A DNA stretch of 64,000 bases from Geopsychrobacteraceae bacterium. GTDB lineage: Bacteria; Desulfobacterota; Desulfuromonadia; Desulfuromonadales; Geopsychrobacteraceae. Position numbers and translations under genes: made by a program. Where the stretch lies: NCBI GenBank assembly GCA_963662315.1, contig OY759353.1:1152001-1216000 (forward strand). Reading direction: 5' to 3'. Shown one piece after another: positions 59,935-64,000 of this stretch. The notes under the pieces were generated by a model, which was given only the letters and a program-made list of their open reading frames with translations, made no database searches and was not told the origin of the DNA. Every line of letters starts with the position of its first letter. Position 1 is the first letter of the stretch.

Positions 59935-60849
59935 ATGAGTCATTCATTTACATCCCATTTTGGTATCTGGCCGGCGTTACTGACGCCTCTGACAGAGAAC
60001 CTTTCTGTTGACACCAAATCTTTAGCAGATCACATTAACCGCCTCCTTAAAAGAGGCTGCCAAGGAGTCACCCTGTTCGGAACCACGGGGGAAGGTCCTT
60101 CCTTTTCTACTACCGAACGGACTGAAACACTTGAAACCCTGATAAACGACGGTATTCCTGCCCATAAAATTCTTGTTCATACCGGTGCGGCAGCGTTACC
60201 GGATACGGTAAAACTGTGTCAGCATGCAACGAATCTGGGTGTTCACGGCTGTCTGGTCATGCCCCCCTTCTTTTTCAAGGGAGTTACTGATCAAGGGGTT
60301 ATTAATTACTACCGGCAATTAATTGCCAACGTTGGTCTGCCCCAGCTTAAACTGGTGCTTTACCATTTGCCACAGATCAGTTATGTGCCACTGACGATTC
60401 CCATTATCAGGCAACTCCTGTCAGAATACCCGGATATTATTCTGGGAATTAAAGACAGTGGCTGCAATCGCGAGGAATCCATCGCCTTGACACAGGCGAT
60501 AACTCCGGTTCAGGTCTGGGTAGGAAACGAACCTGACTTACAAACCATGGCCACCCTGGGTAGCAAAGGTGCGGTAAGTGGCGTTGCCAACATTTTGCCA
60601 GAGCTGGTGCAGAAACTGGTCGGTGCCATAGATTCAGACAATCCTGCCGCTGACCAGGAGACCATCATCTCATTTTTATCAATTTTCGATCAATTTCCCA
60701 TGCTACCCGCCTTTAAAGCTATGCTCAGTATTGCGTACAATGATCCAGGCTGGCTCCGAATGCGTGCCCCACTGGTAGCGTTGACACCTCAACAGGTTAC
60801 TCAATTAAAGGAGTTATCCGACCACCTCGGATTTAACTTCGAGCGCTAA
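59935..60849 (+). CDS. DapA/NAL-superfamily aldolase or dehydratase
   Basis: GTTGEG, LYHLP, GIKDS (Schiff-base Lys). Confidence 0.88.
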   Translation: MSHSFTSHFGIWPALLTPLTENLSVDTKSLADHINRLLKRGCQGVTLFGTTGEGPSFSTTERTETLETLINDGIPAHKILVHTGAAALPDTVKLCQHATNLGVHGCLVMPPFFFKGVTDQGVINYYRQLIANVGLPQLKLVLYHLPQISYVPLTIPIIRQLLSEYPDIILGIKDSGCNREESIALTQAITPVQVWVGNEPDLQTMATLGSKGAVSGVANILPELVQKLVGAIDSDNPAADQETIISFLSIFDQFPMLPAFKAMLSIAYNDPGWLRMRAPLVALTPQQVTQLKELSDHLGFNFER

Positions 60850-60932
60850 TTGACCTCGTCCCCCTCGCTAATCACCTTCTTCGGTTAGTGAGGGGACTCC
60901 TGAAGTATTCCTTACTCTTGCAGGAGCTAAAG

Positions 60933-61988
60933 ATGAATCCTTTAAAATTAGCGGTGTTAGGCGCCGGTCTGATTGGTAAACGTCACATCAAGACCATCCA
61001 GAACCGACCTGATCTAGCCCGACTTATAGCAATTGTTGATCCGGTCTTGCCTGCTGGTAGCAACAATGAATGGCAAACCCCCGTCTACCCTGATATTCTT
61101 TCAATGCTCGATGCGACCACCCCTGACGGCGTTATTATTGCTACCCCAAACAATATGCACCTTGAACATGGAAAAATCTGCTGTAATCAAGGACTGCATT
61201 TTATTGTTGAAAAACCAGTCACTGCGACATTAGCTGAAGCGCATGATTTGGTTAAAGCCGTTGAGCAATCCGGGGTTCACACCCTTGTCGGTCATCACCG
61301 TCGCTATCTTCCTCAGGTGCAGAGAGCAAAACAATGCATCGACGATGGTGAAATAGGTGAATTGGTGGCAGCTTCTGTTATCTGGGCAACCCGCAAACCA
61401 GATAATTATTTCAATGTAGAATGGCGCAAAAAACCTGGAGGTGGGCCAATTCTGATTAATGTTATTCACGATATCGATATGTTGCGTTACCTATGTGGCG
61501 AGGTGGTAGAAGTTCGAGGAATGTTCAGCAATCAGCACAGAGGATTCCCCGTTGAGGATACTACCGGTGCTATTTTACGCTTTGCCAACGGATGCATGGC
61601 TACCTTAATCTGTACCGATGCCGGGCTGTCACCATGGACGATTGAACAAGGTTCAGGAGAAAACCCGTCATATGCTTTTACCCATGAAAGCGCCTATCGC
61701 ATTATCGGTACCCGTGGAAGTCTGGAAATGCCGGTTTTAAAGAAATGGTCAGCGCGCACCCCCGGAGATGAGGCCTGGGACAAACCTTTAACAAGCTCTT
61801 ATCTATTGACCGACAGCTGGGATGTCTACGAGCAACAACTCGATCACTTTAAACAGGTCATTCAGAATAACGAACCACCTATCTGTTCGGTCTTTGACGC
61901 AGCAAGGTCTTTAGCAGCGACATTAAGTATTGTCCGGGATTGTGCCGCCGGCGCTGGCACCAACCCAGATAGCGATCTGGATTATTAA
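60933..61988 (+). CDS. Gfo/Idh/MocA oxidoreductase
   Basis: GAGLIG, ATPN..H, VEKPV, GHHRRY, GGGPILINVIHDID. Confidence 0.9.
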   Translation: MNPLKLAVLGAGLIGKRHIKTIQNRPDLARLIAIVDPVLPAGSNNEWQTPVYPDILSMLDATTPDGVIIATPNNMHLEHGKICCNQGLHFIVEKPVTATLAEAHDLVKAVEQSGVHTLVGHHRRYLPQVQRAKQCIDDGEIGELVAASVIWATRKPDNYFNVEWRKKPGGGPILINVIHDIDMLRYLCGEVVEVRGMFSNQHRGFPVEDTTGAILRFANGCMATLICTDAGLSPWTIEQGSGENPSYAFTHESAYRIIGTRGSLEMPVLKKWSARTPGDEAWDKPLTSSYLLTDSWDVYEQQLDHFKQVIQNNEPPICSVFDAARSLAATLSIVRDCAAGAGTNPDSDLDY

Positions 61989-62010
61989 TTCAATATTAAG
62001 GATATCAACG

Positions 62011-62820
62011 ATGCAGCATAAATATTCCCTGGGCTATCTGACCACACCTACCTGCGCCCCTCCAGAAATGATCTACCTTGCCGCACGAACCGGATATGAC
62101 TACGTCAGCCTAAGAACGATCGCCATGGGACTGCCAGGGGAGGTGAATTATGGCCTGGCGCATAATTCACAATTGTATAAAGATACAAAACAGGCACTGC
62201 TTGAAACCGGTGTGCTCCTTCTTGATATAGAAAATGCCAGGATTCATGACCATGCTGATTTTAGCCACTATTTTTCTGAAATGGAGATTGCAGCAGAATT
62301 AGGAGCAAAGGCCATCCTGACCAATGTCTGGACCACAGACCATGGTCGCACCATTGACCAATTCTCCAAACTCTGTGAAAAGGGAAAACAATTAGGATTA
62401 AATATACATCTCGAATTCGTTACCTGGTCCAACGTATGTAACATTATGGAAGCTGTCGCAATTCTTGATGAATGTGGCTATGATAATTGCGGCATGATTA
62501 TCGACACCCTGCACTTTCATCGTTCTCGATGTCAATTAAGTGACCTGGCTCACTCCCCTGAAAAATATTTAACGGCTTTACATTTATGCGATGCCCCTGC
62601 CGAAATCCCCATGAATAAAGCGGATCTCATTCACACTGGGCGAGCTGAACGCCTTTACGTCGGTGAAGGGGAAATTGATATTGCGACAATTGTCAAAGCA
62701 ATGCCGGAAGTGGTTTTGTGTCTGGAGATCCCCCACCTGCATAGATTGGAAACCTTAGGAGCCGAAAAGCATGCGTTCCGTTGCCTCCAGACAGCACAAA
62801 GCTATCTGCAACACCAATAG
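62011..62820 (+). CDS. Xylose-isomerase-like TIM barrel (sugar phosphate isomerase/epimerase family)
   Basis: LEF, DTLHFHR, HLCDA, RLYVGEG, LEIP metal-binding pattern. Confidence 0.85.
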   Translation: MQHKYSLGYLTTPTCAPPEMIYLAARTGYDYVSLRTIAMGLPGEVNYGLAHNSQLYKDTKQALLETGVLLLDIENARIHDHADFSHYFSEMEIAAELGAKAILTNVWTTDHGRTIDQFSKLCEKGKQLGLNIHLEFVTWSNVCNIMEAVAILDECGYDNCGMIIDTLHFHRSRCQLSDLAHSPEKYLTALHLCDAPAEIPMNKADLIHTGRAERLYVGEGEIDIATIVKAMPEVVLCLEIPHLHRLETLGAEKHAFRCLQTAQSYLQHQ

Positions 62821-63132
62821 CCAAAAGCTCCCCCCTACCGTAAAATGCTGCCAAATGTAACCTTGGCACTCCATTGACCAACAAAAATACTCCCAAACTC
62901 CCCTGTCAGTAAAAAACGGCCATCCTAAAAACAATTCTACCTGCAGGGACAAAATTCACATCCACATTATTCGTTTGCTCGTACAGCCAGAAAATTCAAC
63001 AAGATCTGACCTGTGAGTTACACGTTTAAAATTTTTTTACAGGTTCCCTAAAGTCACCAGCTCTTTTTTTTTGTTAAAATTGCTCAAAGGCCTCCGAACT
63101 CCATCATACTTAAGCATTTATTTATAAATTTA

Positions 63133-63193
63133 TTGACACATATGACGTTACATTTTATTCTATCTTCCACGACAGCGTTCCACCTTTTAGGAT
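63133..63193 (+). promoter_or_regulatory. sigma-70 promoter plus 17-bp operator for the aldehyde dehydrogenase
   Basis: TTGACA-17-TATTCT, then 15 bp, then GTTCCACCTTTTAGGAT (63177-63193). Confidence 0.7.
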
Positions 63194-63287
63194 TTATATT
63201 TGAATTAAAAATTTAGTTTTCCTGAATTAGAGAAATTTATTGTGGAATCAGCGACAATTAGACCCTTCTAAAAATAGGAGAAAGATA

Positions 63288-64000
63288 ATGGCAAAAGCAC
63301 CTAAAGTACTCAGCGAAGAAGAAAAACAAAAAGTTGACGAGTTGTTTATCCGTGCCCGTGCTGCTCAGGCTCAGATCGAAAACGTTGATCAGGAAACCAT
63401 CGACCGTGCGGTTCAGGCTGTCGCCTGGGCTGCAGCCAACGAAAAAACCTTCACCCGCCTGGCTCAGATGGGTGTCGATGAAAGTGGTCTCGGTGATCGT
63501 GCCGGTCGTCCTTACAAGCGCGCCAAAATCATCGGTATCCTGCGTGATTGTCTGCGTGAGAAAAGTGTTGGCATTATCGAAGAGATTCCGGAAAAAGGGA
63601 TCACCAAGTACGGCAAGCCGGTTGGGGTTGTTGCCTGTCTGATCCCGACCACCAACCCGGCTCTCACTCCGCCGACCAATGGTCTGTACTCACTGAAAGC
63701 ACGGAACGCCACCATCTTTGCACCGCATCCACGCAGCAAGCAAACCACTTTCGAAACCATCGCCGTGATGCGTGCCGCGCTGAAAAAGGTCGGTCTTCCG
63801 GAAGATCTGTTTCTGTGCATCGACAAGCCAAGCATTCCATCTTCCCAGTACCTGATGAGCCAGGCTGACCTGTCCATCGCCACCGGAGGTCCTGCCATGG
63901 TTCAGGCGGCTTACAGTTCAGGCAAGCCTGCTTACGGTGTTGGTGCCGGTAACGCCACCATGTGTTTCGATGAAACCACCGCCCAGGATGTCAAAACTGC
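63288..64000 (+). CDS. CoA-acylating aldehyde dehydrogenase (SauS/EutE/SucD-type), runs off window; absent from ORF track
   Basis: Manual translation MAKAPKVLSEEEK...KPVGVVACLIPTTNP...APHPR...ATGGPAMVQAAYSSGKPAYGVGAGN; AGGAG RBS. Confidence 0.9.
   Translation, partial: MAKAPKVLSEEEKQKVDELFIRARAAQAQIENVDQETIDRAVQAVAWAAANEKTFTRLAQMGVDESGLGDRAGRPYKRAKIIGILRDCLREKSVGIIEEIPEKGITKYGKPVGVVACLIPTTNPALTPPTNGLYSLKARNATIFAPHPRSKQTTFETIAVMRAALKKVGLPEDLFLCIDKPSIPSSQYLMSQADLSIATGGPAMVQAAYSSGKPAYGVGAGNATMCFDETTAQDVKT

Noticed and set aside
62863..62879. TTGGCAC as a sigma-54 promoter before the aldehyde dehydrogenase
   Set aside because: AC instead of GC at -12; a good sigma-70 promoter exists at 63133
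63334..63898. Two ORF-track proteins at the window end
   Set aside because: Alternative frames of the real CDS starting at 63288

Overview
Bacterial chromosomal window, probably from a Desulfuromonadales/Geobacter-like deltaproteobacterium. That assignment is inferred from gene content: a DUF6178-like protein, GAF-PtsP, two sigma-54 activators and OmpA with TSP3 repeats. Left to right it holds: (1) the housekeeping block tRNA-Arg/His/Leu-tig-clpP-clpX-lon-hup-tRNA-Asp; (2) a TonB/TonB-dependent receptor pair, an LVIVD beta-propeller and a hybrid kinase; (3) an intact IS1380-family element (15876-17573, 14-bp terminal inverted repeats, TCATA target duplication); (4) a run of mixed housekeeping genes; (5) a [FeFe]-hydrogenase-like sigma-54 activator, ptsP, pyc, typA and an aroK-aroB fusion; (6) from 50.9 kb, an IclR-linked catabolic island with two TRAP systems, dehydrogenases, a DapA-like lyase and a CoA-acylating aldehyde dehydrogenase cut by the window end. 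The best candidate for an undescribed system is the hydrogenase-like Fe-S activator (35960-38263). It is flanked by copies of a TG(G/A)CAC motif and followed by a clean -24/-12 promoter. That promoter points at an ORF-less unit of about 97 nt with C/U-rich loops and its own terminator, i.e. a putative redox/H2-responsive sigma-54 small RNA. Other notable signals are a 135-nt rod-shaped RNA-like structure at 32.8 kb, a 17-bp operator repeated at four sites of the catabolic island, and active-site substitutions in the AroB half of the fusion. All calls come from reading the sequence by eye; no database searches were run.
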